Assembly: GCF_004785955.1 (NCBI RefSeq)
Contig: NZ_ML214300.1
Location: 151,223 to 175,222, forward strand
Reading direction: 5' to 3'
From: Halostella litorea
GTDB taxonomy: Archaea > Halobacteriota > Halobacteria > Halobacteriales > Natronoarchaeaceae
Length of the DNA: 24,000 bases
Shown here: positions 7,878 to 16,835 of the stretch, one piece after another
How the letters are laid out: the number at the start of each line of letters is the position of its first letter
How positions within the stretch are numbered: position 1 is the stretch's first letter
The notes under the pieces: generated by a model
The model's database searches: none
The model's input: the letters and a program-made list of their open reading frames with translations, nothing else
What the model was told of the DNA's origin: nothing
Position numbers and translations under genes: made by a program

Positions 7878-7931
7878 GTCGGCCGACGGCCGCCCGAGCA
7901 CTTTTGTGTCTCCTCGCCGTCGCGGCATGCG

Positions 7932-9926
7932 ATGGCGTCTCTGGCTACCGCTGCCGATTCGGCGACCCGTACGACCGTGCTCTACGTCGGGGAGCGCACC
8001 GCCGTCGTCTCGGCCGCCGCGGAACTGTTCGACGCCGACCTGCGAAACGCCGACGCCTCCCGGCGGGCGGCGCTCGACCGGATGGACGCCGACGTCGACT
8101 GTCTGGTCGTCGACGCGTCGCTCCCCGACGGGCGCGGCGTCGACCTCCTCGCGGCGGTGCGGCGCACCTACCCCGAACTCGCCGGGGTCGTGCTCGTGGA
8201 ATCGGGTCCCGTCCCGGAAATCGGGTCGAAGCCGCCGACCGACTACGTCAGGGTCGCGGACGGGGCGGAGCCGCTGGCGACGCGGATCCGGAACGTGCTT
8301 TCGCGGCGCGCGCCCACCGGCGGGCTGGCGGACCACCTGTTCGACTCCGCCGTCCGGAACGGCCCGGACGCCGTCGTCGTCGTCGACGACCGGACGGAGA
8401 TCCGGTTCGCCAACGAGGCGGTGGCCGACGTGTTCGGGTACGACCCGGCGGCCGTCGTGGGGTCGCCGGTCACCGACCTAGTCCCGACCGAGCGCCGCGA
8501 GCCCTTCTTGGAGGCGTTCGCGCGACACGTCGTCGACGGCTCGGTCGGGGAGTGGACCCAGGTGCGGGGCCGCGGGCGACACCGGAACGGGCGGGATATC
8601 CCGCTGTCGCTGTCCTTCCACCACGGGCGGTACGAGGGCGGGAGGCTGTTTACCGCCATCGTCCGGGAGGAGTCCGAGCGACGCGACCGCGAGGCGACGC
8701 TGGAGCGCCAGCGGGACGAACTGGCCGAACTCGACCGCATCAACCGACTCATCCGGGAGGTGGCGCACGTCCTCATCGACGCCACGTCGCGCTCGGAGAT
8801 GGAGCAGGCGGTCTGTGACCTGCTGGCGGACTCCGGGCCGTACGCCTTCGCCTGGATCGGCCGGGAGAACCTGGCGCGGAACAGGGTGATCCCGAGGTTC
8901 GAGGCCGGCGCGGCGGAGGGCTACCTCGACGCGGTGAGCGACTCGGACTACGACACCCTCTCCGACGGGGGCCCGGCGGCGCAGGCCGTCATCGACCGGT
9001 CGGTGACCGTGGTCGACGACGTCGGGACCGACGAGCGGTTCGAACCGTGGCGGGAGGACGCGCTGGACCGCGGGCTCCGGTCGGTTGCGACCGTCCCGGT
9101 CCAGTACGAGGAGACCGTGTTGGGCGTGCTGGCGCTGTACGAGGAGGAGGTAGGAGCGTTCGACGAGCGCGAGGCGGCGGTGCTGGAGGAGGTCGGGCGG
9201 CTGATCGGCTACGCGATGACGGCCGTCGACCGCAAGGAGGCGCTGGTCGCCGACGACCGGACCGAACTCGAATTCAGGTTGACCGACGACGACCACTTCT
9301 TCACGGGGGTCACCGCGGGGACGGACGTGGAGGTCACGTTCGAGGGGATGACGCCGCGCACGGAGGAGTCGGACCTGGTGTACGCGACCGTTCGGGGCGG
9401 GTCACCGGAGGCGATCCGCGACGCGGCCGCGGACGCCGCCGTCGTCGAGGACGCCACGGCGCTCGGGGAGCACGAGGACGGCGTCGGCTTCGAGTTCACG
9501 ACGACCGACGACACGGTCGCGGCGACACTGGCGTCGTACGGCGCGAGCGTGGTGTCGATGCGGGCCGCGGACGGGAGCGCGCGGATCGTCGCGGAACTGC
9601 CGGCGACCGCGGACGTGCGGTCGGTCGTCGAGGCCGTCACGGCGGAGTTCGACGGGATGGAACTGCTGGCACAGCGCGACCGGCAGCGGACGGAGGCCCG
9701 CGACGGCGGCGGGCCGGGACTGTGGCGCGCCGACCTGCTCGGCTCGCTGACGGAGCGCCAGCGGACGGTGCTGGAGACCGCCTACCGGTCGGGCTACTTC
9801 CAGTGGCCCCGGGAGCGGACCGCCGAGGAGGTGGCGGACTCGCTCGGCATCACCTCACCGACGCTCCACAACCACCTGCGGCTGGCACAGGGGGAACTGT
9901 TCGGCGCGCTGTTCGAGGGCGACTGA
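7932..9926 (+). CDS. Bat-like transcriptional regulator: receiver-like domain, PAS, GAF, BAT domain and C-terminal HTH_10
   Basis: N-terminus: VDCLVVDASLPDGRGVDLLAAVRR (receiver-like). PAS: DAVVVVDDRTEIRFANEAVADVFGYDPAAVVG. GAF: AFAWIGRE...VPVQYEETVLGVLALY. C-terminal HTH_10: LTERQRTVLETAYRSGYFQWPRERTAEEVADSLGITSPTLHNHLR. Confidence 0.9.
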   Translation: MASLATAADSATRTTVLYVGERTAVVSAAAELFDADLRNADASRRAALDRMDADVDCLVVDASLPDGRGVDLLAAVRRTYPELAGVVLVESGPVPEIGSKPPTDYVRVADGAEPLATRIRNVLSRRAPTGGLADHLFDSAVRNGPDAVVVVDDRTEIRFANEAVADVFGYDPAAVVGSPVTDLVPTERREPFLEAFARHVVDGSVGEWTQVRGRGRHRNGRDIPLSLSFHHGRYEGGRLFTAIVREESERRDREATLERQRDELAELDRINRLIREVAHVLIDATSRSEMEQAVCDLLADSGPYAFAWIGRENLARNRVIPRFEAGAAEGYLDAVSDSDYDTLSDGGPAAQAVIDRSVTVVDDVGTDERFEPWREDALDRGLRSVATVPVQYEETVLGVLALYEEEVGAFDEREAAVLEEVGRLIGYAMTAVDRKEALVADDRTELEFRLTDDDHFFTGVTAGTDVEVTFEGMTPRTEESDLVYATVRGGSPEAIRDAAADAAVVEDATALGEHEDGVGFEFTTTDDTVAATLASYGASVVSMRAADGSARIVAELPATADVRSVVEAVTAEFDGMELLAQRDRQRTEARDGGGPGLWRADLLGSLTERQRTVLETAYRSGYFQWPRERTAEEVADSLGITSPTLHNHLRLAQGELFGALFEGD

Positions 9927-10106
9927 TCCCGGGTTGGCGGTGGGCCGGCGGCGCGTACGGGCCGTCCGGCGGCCGGCGTACACGACCGCCCGCGCACACG
10001 CCCGTACACCCGCGCTGTCCTGCGATTTCGCCCCGAAAGGTTTAGGGCGGGGCTCGGCATAGCTCACCCCAATGAGACGCCCGGCCCGAGAGCGAGGTGG
10101 GACGCG

Positions 10107-12593
10107 GTGGAGCTGATAATCACCGAGAAGGAAAACGCCGCGCGCCGGATCGCCGAGATCCTGAGCGGCGGGAGCGCCGACGCCGACCGCCGCAACGGCG
10201 TCAACGTGTACGAGTGGGGCGGGAAGCGCTGCGTGGGGCTGTCCGGTCACGTCGTCGGCGTCGACTTCCCGGACGAGTACAGCGACTGGCGCGACGTCGA
10301 GCCGGTCGAACTGGTCGACGCCGCGGTCGAGAAGCGCCCGACCCAGGAGAACATCGTCCGCACGCTCCGCCTGCTTGCCCGGGACGCCGACGCCGTCACC
10401 ATCGCCACCGACTACGACCGCGAGGGGGAACTGATCGGGAAGGAGGCCTACGAACTCGTCCGCGAGGTCAACGAGGACGTACCGATCCAGCGCGTCCGCT
10501 TCTCCTCGATCACCGACAACGAGGTGCGCGACGCGTTCGCGGAGCCGGAGGACCTCGACTTCGACCTCGCGGCGGCGGGCGAGGCCCGGCAGGTGATCGA
10601 CCTCGTCTGGGGCGCGGCGCTGACCCGCTTCCTCTCGCTGTCGGCCGGGCAACTGGGCGACGACTTCATCAGCGTGGGCCGGGTCCAGTCGCCGACGCTG
10701 AAGCTCATCGTCGACCGCGAACGCGAGATACAGGCGTTCGAACCGGAGGAGTACCGCGAGATCTACGCGGACCTGCTGAAAGCCGGCGGCGACGACCCGT
10801 TCGAGGCGCAGTACTTCTACCGCGACGAGGACGGCAACGAGGCCGAGCGCGTCTGGGACGCCGAGGCCGCGACCGGGACGTACGAGACGCTGTCGGCCGC
10901 CGACGCGGTGGCGGTCGACCGGGTCAACCGCCGCACCCGCACCGACGCGCCGCCGGCCCCGTTCAACACCACGCAGTTCATCCGCGCGGCCGGCAGCCTC
11001 GGCTACTCCGCCCAGCGCGCGATGAGCATCGCCGAGGACCTGTACACCGCCGGCTACGTCACCTACCCCCGTACTGACAACACCGTCTACCCGGACGACC
11101 TGGACCCGGAGGTGCTGCTCGACGAGTTCGTCGGCCACCGCGAGTTCGGCGACGACGCCGAGTCGCTGCTCGAACTCGACGGGATCGACCCGACGGAGGG
11201 CGACGAGGAGACGACCGACCACCCGCCGATCCACCCGACCGGCGAGTTCCCCGGCGCGGGCGAACTCTCCGACGACGAGTGGGAGGTGTACGAACTGGTC
11301 GTCCGCCGCTTTTTCGCCACCGTCGCCGAGGAGGCCGAGTGGGAGCACCTGAAGGTGGTCGCGAGCGTCGACGACTGCTCGCTGAAGGCGAACGGCAAGC
11401 GCCTCGTCGAGGCTGGCTACCACGACGTCTACCCGTACTTCTCGACCAGCGAGAACTACGTGCCCGACGTGAGCGAGGGCGAGGAACTGTCGGTGACCGA
11501 CGTCCGTCTGGAGGAAAAGGAGACGCAACCGCCGCGGCGCTACGGCCAGTCCCGCCTCATCGAGACCATGGAGGACATGGGGATCGGGACGAAGTCGACC
11601 CGCCACAACACCGTCGAGAAGCTGTACGACCGCGGCTACGTCGAGAACGACCCGCCCCGGCCCACCCAGCTTGCGATGGCGGTCGTCGAGGCCGCCGAGG
11701 AGTACGCCGACCGCGTCGTCAGCGAGGAGATGACCAAGCAACTGGAGGCCGACATGACCGCCATCGCGGAGGGCGAGGCGAGCCTGGACGACGTGACCGA
11801 GGAGTCCCGCGAGATGCTGGGGACGGTGTTCGAGTCGCTGACCGACTCCCGCGAGGAGGTCGGCGACCACCTCCGGAAGTCGCTGAAGGCCGACAAGCGG
11901 CTCGGTCCCTGTCCCGAATGCGGGGACGACCTGCTCGTCCGGCGCAGTTCGCGGGGGTCGGCGTTCGTCGGCTGCGACGGCTACCCCGACTGCGAGTACA
12001 CGCTGCCCCTGCCGAACACGGGCAAGCCGCTCATCCTCGACGAGACCTGCGACGAGCACGACCTCCACCACGTGAAGATGCTCGCCGGCCGGAGCACGTT
12101 CGTCCACGGCTGCCCGCAGTGCAAGGCCAACGAAGCCGGCGAGGGGCCGGTCATCGGCGACTGTCCGGCCTGTGGCGAGGAGCACGGCGGCGAACTGGCG
12201 ATCAAACAGCTCCGCAACGGCTCTCGGCTGGTCGGCTGCACGCGCTACCCCGACTGCGACTACTCGCTGCCGCTGCCCCGGCGCGGCGAGATAGAGGTCA
12301 CCGACGAGCGCTGCGAGGAGCACGACCTGCCGGAACTGCTCGTCCACAACGGCGACGAGCCGTGGGAACTGGGCTGTCCCGTCTGCAACTACCGCGAGTA
12401 CCAGGCCCGCGAGAGCGACTCCGGCTCCGACCTCGAAGCGCTCGACGGCGTCGGCACGAAGACCGCCGAGAAGCTGGTCGAGGCCGGCGTCGAGAGCATC
12501 GACGACCTGACCGACGCCGACCCGGACGACGTGGCAAGCGAGGTAGAGGGCGTCAGCGCCGACCGGATCCGCGACTGGCAGGCCCAGGCCTGA
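10107..12593 (+). CDS. topA: DNA topoisomerase I (type IA) with four C-terminal zinc-ribbon modules and a terminal HhH motif
   Basis: It has a Toprim domain (LIITEKENAARRIA, ATDYDREGE), the catalytic Tyr motif GYVTYPRTD (Tyr codon at 11064-11066), Cys clusters at aa 602-760, and LDGVGTKTAEKLVEAGV. It has a GTG start, and no in-frame ATG lies nearby upstream. Confidence 0.95.
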   Translation: MELIITEKENAARRIAEILSGGSADADRRNGVNVYEWGGKRCVGLSGHVVGVDFPDEYSDWRDVEPVELVDAAVEKRPTQENIVRTLRLLARDADAVTIATDYDREGELIGKEAYELVREVNEDVPIQRVRFSSITDNEVRDAFAEPEDLDFDLAAAGEARQVIDLVWGAALTRFLSLSAGQLGDDFISVGRVQSPTLKLIVDREREIQAFEPEEYREIYADLLKAGGDDPFEAQYFYRDEDGNEAERVWDAEAATGTYETLSAADAVAVDRVNRRTRTDAPPAPFNTTQFIRAAGSLGYSAQRAMSIAEDLYTAGYVTYPRTDNTVYPDDLDPEVLLDEFVGHREFGDDAESLLELDGIDPTEGDEETTDHPPIHPTGEFPGAGELSDDEWEVYELVVRRFFATVAEEAEWEHLKVVASVDDCSLKANGKRLVEAGYHDVYPYFSTSENYVPDVSEGEELSVTDVRLEEKETQPPRRYGQSRLIETMEDMGIGTKSTRHNTVEKLYDRGYVENDPPRPTQLAMAVVEAAEEYADRVVSEEMTKQLEADMTAIAEGEASLDDVTEESREMLGTVFESLTDSREEVGDHLRKSLKADKRLGPCPECGDDLLVRRSSRGSAFVGCDGYPDCEYTLPLPNTGKPLILDETCDEHDLHHVKMLAGRSTFVHGCPQCKANEAGEGPVIGDCPACGEEHGGELAIKQLRNGSRLVGCTRYPDCDYSLPLPRRGEIEVTDERCEEHDLPELLVHNGDEPWELGCPVCNYREYQARESDSGSDLEALDGVGTKTAEKLVEAGVESIDDLTDADPDDVASEVEGVSADRIRDWQAQA

Positions 12594-12640
12594 GACGGCT
12601 CCGGGCGTGTGCCGTCCGCGGGACCGGGTGACGGCGGGGG

Positions 12641-12652
12641 AAAGCATTCATA
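12641..12652 (+). promoter_or_regulatory. TATA-like box (AAAGCATTCATA) for the 12674 lipoprotein gene
   Basis: The AT-rich patch is centred about 27 nt upstream of the ATG at 12674. Confidence 0.35.
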
Positions 12653-12673
12653 CCGAGGGATACCAGCGATCCC

Positions 12674-13531
12674 ATGCGCCGCCGCGAGTTCCTCGCGACC
12701 GGAACCGCCCTCTGCTCCATCGCCGTCGCCGGCTGTGCTCACCCCGACGTGGTGCTCGACATGGACGACGCGTCGTCGGACGACATCGCGTACGAGGTGT
12801 CGATGTCGCCGGACCCGGGGTCCGAGGAGTACAGGGTCGTCACGTCCGCCATCGAGAACGGGTCGGCGACGCGGAGCGGGCGGTACGACCTGTTCGACCG
12901 CACCGACACCGTCCGGGTCGACGACGCCTTCTACGCCGTCACGGAAACCCGACTCGGGAGCGGCGAGGTGACGGTGTACGAGGTGCTCGTCGACGTCGAC
13001 CCGGACGACACCTCGCCGGACCGCGGCGAGATCCGGTACGACGACCTCCCGGCGACGGACCGGGAGCGCCTCGACGTCGTGTTCTCGGAGGACCCCCCAT
13101 CCGGTCAGGATGGATACGACGCCGGCGTCTCGTACGGAACCGCCGAGGAAGTGGGGAACGGATCGGCGTTCGTTCCGGAGCAGCGGTACGACATCGTCGT
13201 TCACGACGGGGATCGATACCGGGTCGGGGTCGAGTCCCGCGACGCGAACGAGAGCGAGTACCGATACGAAGTGACGCGGGTCGCGCCCGACCTGTCGACG
13301 TTCGCCGACCAGGTCAGGGACCGATACCTGTTCGCGCTCACGGGACTGTCGGACGCCGAACGGTCGGTCGTCGAGGGGGCGATCGACGGCGGCCACTTCG
13401 AGGACAGCGATGCGTTCCAGTCGGTGATCGACCGCATCCGGGACCACGAGGGGCTGAACGAGGACGACTTCTACGGGACGTGGCTCGTCGCGTACGAGGG
13501 CGACGAGTATCTCGCCTACGCCGAGTGGTGA
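12674..13531 (+). CDS. Tat-secreted lipoprotein of unknown function, 285 aa
   Basis: It has a twin-arginine motif (MRRREFL), then a hydrophobic stretch and a lipobox (IAVAGC). The mature part is acidic, with a recurring D-x-(F/Y)-(Y/R)-(A/V) beta-strand-like motif (DDAFYAVTETR, DGDRYRVGVESR, GDEYLAYAEW). Confidence 0.8.
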   Translation: MRRREFLATGTALCSIAVAGCAHPDVVLDMDDASSDDIAYEVSMSPDPGSEEYRVVTSAIENGSATRSGRYDLFDRTDTVRVDDAFYAVTETRLGSGEVTVYEVLVDVDPDDTSPDRGEIRYDDLPATDRERLDVVFSEDPPSGQDGYDAGVSYGTAEEVGNGSAFVPEQRYDIVVHDGDRYRVGVESRDANESEYRYEVTRVAPDLSTFADQVRDRYLFALTGLSDAERSVVEGAIDGGHFEDSDAFQSVIDRIRDHEGLNEDDFYGTWLVAYEGDEYLAYAEW

Positions 13532-13584
13532 GCGCAGGGCAGACGGGTGCCGTCGGATTGAGACAGCAGCCACCGCCGGACAGG

Positions 13585-13596
13585 ATTAGTTTTTTC
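13585..13596 (+). promoter_or_regulatory. ATTAGTTTTTTC: an oligo-T tract and/or TATA-like element between the two lipoprotein genes
   Basis: The T6 run at 13590-13595 lies 59 nt after the upstream stop and about 30 nt before the ATG at 13623. It could be a terminator, a promoter, or both. Confidence 0.35.
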
Positions 13597-13622
13597 ACAC
13601 GAGGCCTCGAATCGAAGAGGGA

Positions 13623-15614
13623 ATGGTCCCCATCAGCAGACGGAAGCTGTTAGCCGCCAGTGGAATCGCAGCCGTCGCCGGGTGCATGTCGACCGCCCCG
13701 GACGACCGGGCCGCAGACGACACGGACACCGACACCGAGACGGACACGGAGACGACGACCACGACCGAGGAAGACGATCCGAGCCTCCCGGACGACGTCC
13801 TGCGGGCGATCGAACCCCTCCCCGCGACGGTCGACGGCGACTCGCCCGACAGGGTGGTCATCAGCAGCCCGTCGGGCGACGCGGCCCGGATCGGCTACCC
13901 CCGCGACCTCGCCGACCAGTTCGGCCTCGGACCGTCCGACATCGACCGCAGCGCGTCCGCGGTGTTCGGCGGCCGGAACGTCTCCTGTTTCGTCGGCTCG
14001 TTCGACGCCGGCGCGGTCGAGGCCCCGGAGAACGTGGCCGTGACGACCGACGACGGCCGCATCGTGGCGGCGCGGGCGACGAACGACGACGGGAGCCACT
14101 CGGCGTGGACCGCCGGGATGGACGCCGCCGAGGCGGCCATGGACTCGGACGACGCCGGCCTGGCCGCCGCCGACGGCGTCGAGGCCGTGCTGTCGCCGGT
14201 CGTCGACGAGACGTGGGCCAACTACCTCCCGGTGCTCCCCGACGACAGCGGAAACAGCCTCCCGGAGGAGTTAGACACCGACACCGTCGAGGCGGCCGCC
14301 TTCGGTTCCTCCCGCGTGGCGGAGCGGACCCGCCGGTACACCTACGTCTTCCTGTTCGAGGACGAGTCGGCCGTCGACACGGCGGCGCTCGAATCGCTCG
14401 TCGACGGGACGTGGAGCGACGAGAACCTGTCCGAGCGGAGCGTCGAGCGGGACGGCCGCCGGGGGATCGCGTCGGTCGTGTACGAGCGCCCGCCCCAGCC
14501 TGACCGCGAGGCGTCGCCGGACGCGCGGTTCCACGTCGAGTACGACGTCGAGGCCAGCGAGGCGACGCTGGTCCACTCCGGCGAGGACGTCCCCGCGGAC
14601 ACGCTGACGGTGCTCGTGGAGGGCGAGTCGACCGCGACCCAGTGGACCGACCAGTACGACACGGTCACGGAGGGCGACGAACTGTCGCTGTCGGTCGACC
14701 CGTTCACGCTGGTCCGCGTCCGGTGGGACGACCCCGAGGACGAGGAGACGTTCGACTACCTCGGCAACGAGATCACCACCGCCCCCGGGCTGTTCGAGGC
14801 GTCGTTCGACCGCTCGGCCGAGCGGGCGACGATCACCTACCGCGGCGAACAGCCAGCCGACGCCGAGGCGCTCTCGGTTCGCCACCGCTCCGGCGAGCCG
14901 AACGGCGAGTCGACCGAACGGCGGGAGATCCCCGTCTCGGAGCGCCACGACCGCCTGACGAAGGGCGACGAGATAGTCGTCGACGGGTTCACCATGGGCG
15001 ACCGGCTCCACGTCGTCTGCGAGGTCGAGGGCGACAACTGGAGCATGGCGTCGAGCGTGTTCCACTTCTCGGCGTCGCCGCCGGGGCACTTCACCGTCGT
15101 GCGCGAGGACGGGACCACCGAACTCGTGTACTACGGCCAGCACGACAACGCCGTCGCGGAGGCGGCGGTCGGGGACTTCCGCGTCCTCATAAACGGCGAC
15201 CCCGCGCCGACGCAGTGGACCGACGAGTACGACGAACTCGTCGACGAGGAACGTCTCGAACTGTCCGCCGAACCCGGCGACACGGTGACCGTCGAGTGGA
15301 CCGGCGGCGAGGAGCCGGTGACGGTGTCCGAGGACCTGGTCGTCCCCGAGTTCGAACTGAGCGTCGCCGAAACCGACGACGGCCGCCTGAAGCTGACCCA
15401 CGGCGGCGGCGAGGCCGTCGACGCCGGGAAGCTGACGATCCGGTTCGCGCCCTCGGACAGTGACACCACGACCTGGGGCGGAAGCGGCACGACGGTCGAA
15501 CCCGGCGACAGTACGACCGTCGACGCGCCGGCGGAGACGCGCTACGTCCTGATCAAGTACGGCGACAGCGACTACCACGTCGCCCACGCCGAACTGGAAT
15601 CCGACGACGAGTAA
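13623..15614 (+). CDS. Large Tat-secreted lipoprotein (663 aa): Thr/Asp/Glu-rich linker, unknown N-terminal domain, four tandem pilin-like (DUF1628-like) repeats
   Basis: It has SRRKLL plus the lipobox AAVAGC, and the linker DTDTDTETDTETTTTTEEDD. Four repeats of about 85-95 aa run from about aa 301 to 658, each with a (T/V)(H/Y)xG(G/E)(E/D)...A..L(T/S)(V/I) core and a later GD..(T/S)(V/L) strand. Confidence 0.82.
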   Translation: MVPISRRKLLAASGIAAVAGCMSTAPDDRAADDTDTDTETDTETTTTTEEDDPSLPDDVLRAIEPLPATVDGDSPDRVVISSPSGDAARIGYPRDLADQFGLGPSDIDRSASAVFGGRNVSCFVGSFDAGAVEAPENVAVTTDDGRIVAARATNDDGSHSAWTAGMDAAEAAMDSDDAGLAAADGVEAVLSPVVDETWANYLPVLPDDSGNSLPEELDTDTVEAAAFGSSRVAERTRRYTYVFLFEDESAVDTAALESLVDGTWSDENLSERSVERDGRRGIASVVYERPPQPDREASPDARFHVEYDVEASEATLVHSGEDVPADTLTVLVEGESTATQWTDQYDTVTEGDELSLSVDPFTLVRVRWDDPEDEETFDYLGNEITTAPGLFEASFDRSAERATITYRGEQPADAEALSVRHRSGEPNGESTERREIPVSERHDRLTKGDEIVVDGFTMGDRLHVVCEVEGDNWSMASSVFHFSASPPGHFTVVREDGTTELVYYGQHDNAVAEAAVGDFRVLINGDPAPTQWTDEYDELVDEERLELSAEPGDTVTVEWTGGEEPVTVSEDLVVPEFELSVAETDDGRLKLTHGGGEAVDAGKLTIRFAPSDSDTTTWGGSGTTVEPGDSTTVDAPAETRYVLIKYGDSDYHVAHAELESDDE

Positions 15615-15653
15615 CGGGGGCGGACGCCGGCCGGCCCGGCACGTCCCTCCGGA

Positions 15654-16037
15654 TCAGCCGACCTTCGCCACGGCCTCCACCTCGACGAGCATCTCGGGGT
15701 CGATGAGCCGGTCGACCTGCACCATGCTCGTCGCGGGGCGGACGTCGCCGAACGCCTCGCGGTGGGCGCGGCCGACCGCCTCCCAGCGGTCGATGTCCGT
15801 CACGTACAGCCGCGTCCGGACCACGTCGTCGAGGCCGGCGCCCGCCTCGTCGAGCGCGTCCGCGACGTTCGAGAGCGCCTGGGCGGTCTGTTCGTAGGGG
15901 TCGCCGACGCCGACGAGTTCGCCGTCGTCGGTGGCGGTCGTGCCCGAGACGTGTATCTCGTCGCCGGCCCGGACGGCCCGCGAGTAGCCCACCGCCGACT
16001 CCCACGCGGTCCCGGATCCGACCTCCTTCCGGCCCAT
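15654..16037 (-). CDS. RidA/YjgF/L-PSP family reactive-intermediate deaminase, 127 aa
   Basis: It contains [18 protein letters not shown]...[34 protein letters not shown]...[26 protein letters not shown] chose the start at the ATG at 16037 because the longer ORF reaching 17078 is a GC-rich read-through. Confidence 0.9.
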   Translation of the reverse strand: MGRKEVGSGTAWESAVGYSRAVRAGDEIHVSGTTATDDGELVGVGDPYEQTAQALSNVADALDEAGAGLDDVVRTRLYVTDIDRWEAVGRAHREAFGDVRPATSMVQVDRLIDPEMLVEVEAVAKVG

Positions 16038-16136
16038 ACGGCAGCCCCGCGGCGGGCGAGGGAAAGTCTTGGGGGCCTCTCCCGCACGAGCGCCCCTTTC
16101 GAAGGGTTCTTGGCCGCCCTTTCTGATCGAACGGGT

Positions 16137-16835
16137 ATGACTACCCCGTGGGACGACTGGGACCACATCGTGAAGATCGACCCGGACAAGGAACTCGCGC
16201 CGGGCGAAACCTTCGAGGACGTCTGCGAGACAGGGACCGACGCGCTCGAGATCGGCGGCACGCTGGACGTGACCAGCGAGAAGATGGAGCGGGTCATCGA
16301 CGCCTGCGCGAAGTACGACGTCCCGCTGTACCAGGAGCCGAGCAACCCGGCGGTCGTCGTCCACGACGACGCCGTCGACGGTTTCCTCGTCCCGGTCGTG
16401 CTGAACGCCGGCGACGTGGCGTGGATCACCGGCGCGCACAAGGAGTGGGTGAAGTCCGACGACGTCGACTGGGCCCGGACGACCACGGAGGCGTACATCA
16501 TCCTCAACCCCGAGGCCAGCGCCGCCCAGCTCACGCAGGCCGACTGCGACCAGACGGCCGAGGACGTCGCCGCGTACGCGGAGATAGCCGAGCAGATGTA
16601 CGGCCAGGAGATCGTCTACGTCGAGTACTCCGGGACGCTGGGCGACCCGCGGAAGGTCGAGGCCGCGGCGGACGCGCTGGACGAGTCGACGCTGTTCTAC
16701 GGGGGCGGCATCCACGACTACGACTCCGCGCACACGATGGCGGAGCACGCCGATGTGGTCGTCGTCGGGGACCTGGTCCACGACGAGGGCGTCGAGGCGG
16801 TCCGCGAGACCGTCGAGGGCGCGACGGACGCCTAA
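16137..16835 (+). CDS. Geranylgeranylglyceryl phosphate synthase (phosphoglycerol geranylgeranyltransferase, PcrB family), 232 aa
   Basis: It contains [43 protein letters not shown] and VVVVGDLVH. The start is at the internal ATG at 16137. The stop overlaps the stop of the convergent permease gene by 4 nt. Confidence 0.9.
   Translation: MTTPWDDWDHIVKIDPDKELAPGETFEDVCETGTDALEIGGTLDVTSEKMERVIDACAKYDVPLYQEPSNPAVVVHDDAVDGFLVPVVLNAGDVAWITGAHKEWVKSDDVDWARTTTEAYIILNPEASAAQLTQADCDQTAEDVAAYAEIAEQMYGQEIVYVEYSGTLGDPRKVEAAADALDESTLFYGGGIHDYDSAHTMAEHADVVVVGDLVHDEGVEAVRETVEGATDA

Noticed and set aside
7878-7887. Perfect 10-bp palindrome GTCGGCCGAC immediately after the gatB stop, followed by CTTTTG (7901-7906)
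   Set aside because: It is too short and GC-rich to tell apart from chance in this genome, and as a hairpin it would have only a 3-bp stem. It may contribute to termination or to the next gene's promoter, but I cannot support a call.
7467-8818. Overlapping Arg/Pro/Gly-rich ORFs (7478..8818 plus strand, 7467..8336 minus strand), and similar ones at 14271..15587, 16148..18145, 11279..12631 and 12389..13573
   Set aside because: Their composition (poly-R/G/P) is typical of off-frame translation of GC-rich coding DNA. Each overlaps a well-supported gene in another frame.
9855-12647. 930-aa ORF on the minus strand, antisense to topA
   Set aside because: The translation is R/V/G/A-rich and non-protein-like, whereas the plus strand encodes a complete type IA topoisomerase.
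13716-13778. Short-period nucleotide repeat that superficially looks like a repeat array
   Set aside because: It lies in-frame inside a well-supported CDS and encodes a Thr/Asp/Glu linker. There is no repeat-spacer architecture, so it is not a CRISPR array.
16095-16107. Near-palindrome CCCTTTCGAAGGG in the RidA/GGGPS divergent promoter region
   Set aside because: Only the central TTCGAA is truly palindromic, and the flanks are offset by one base. That is not enough for an operator call.
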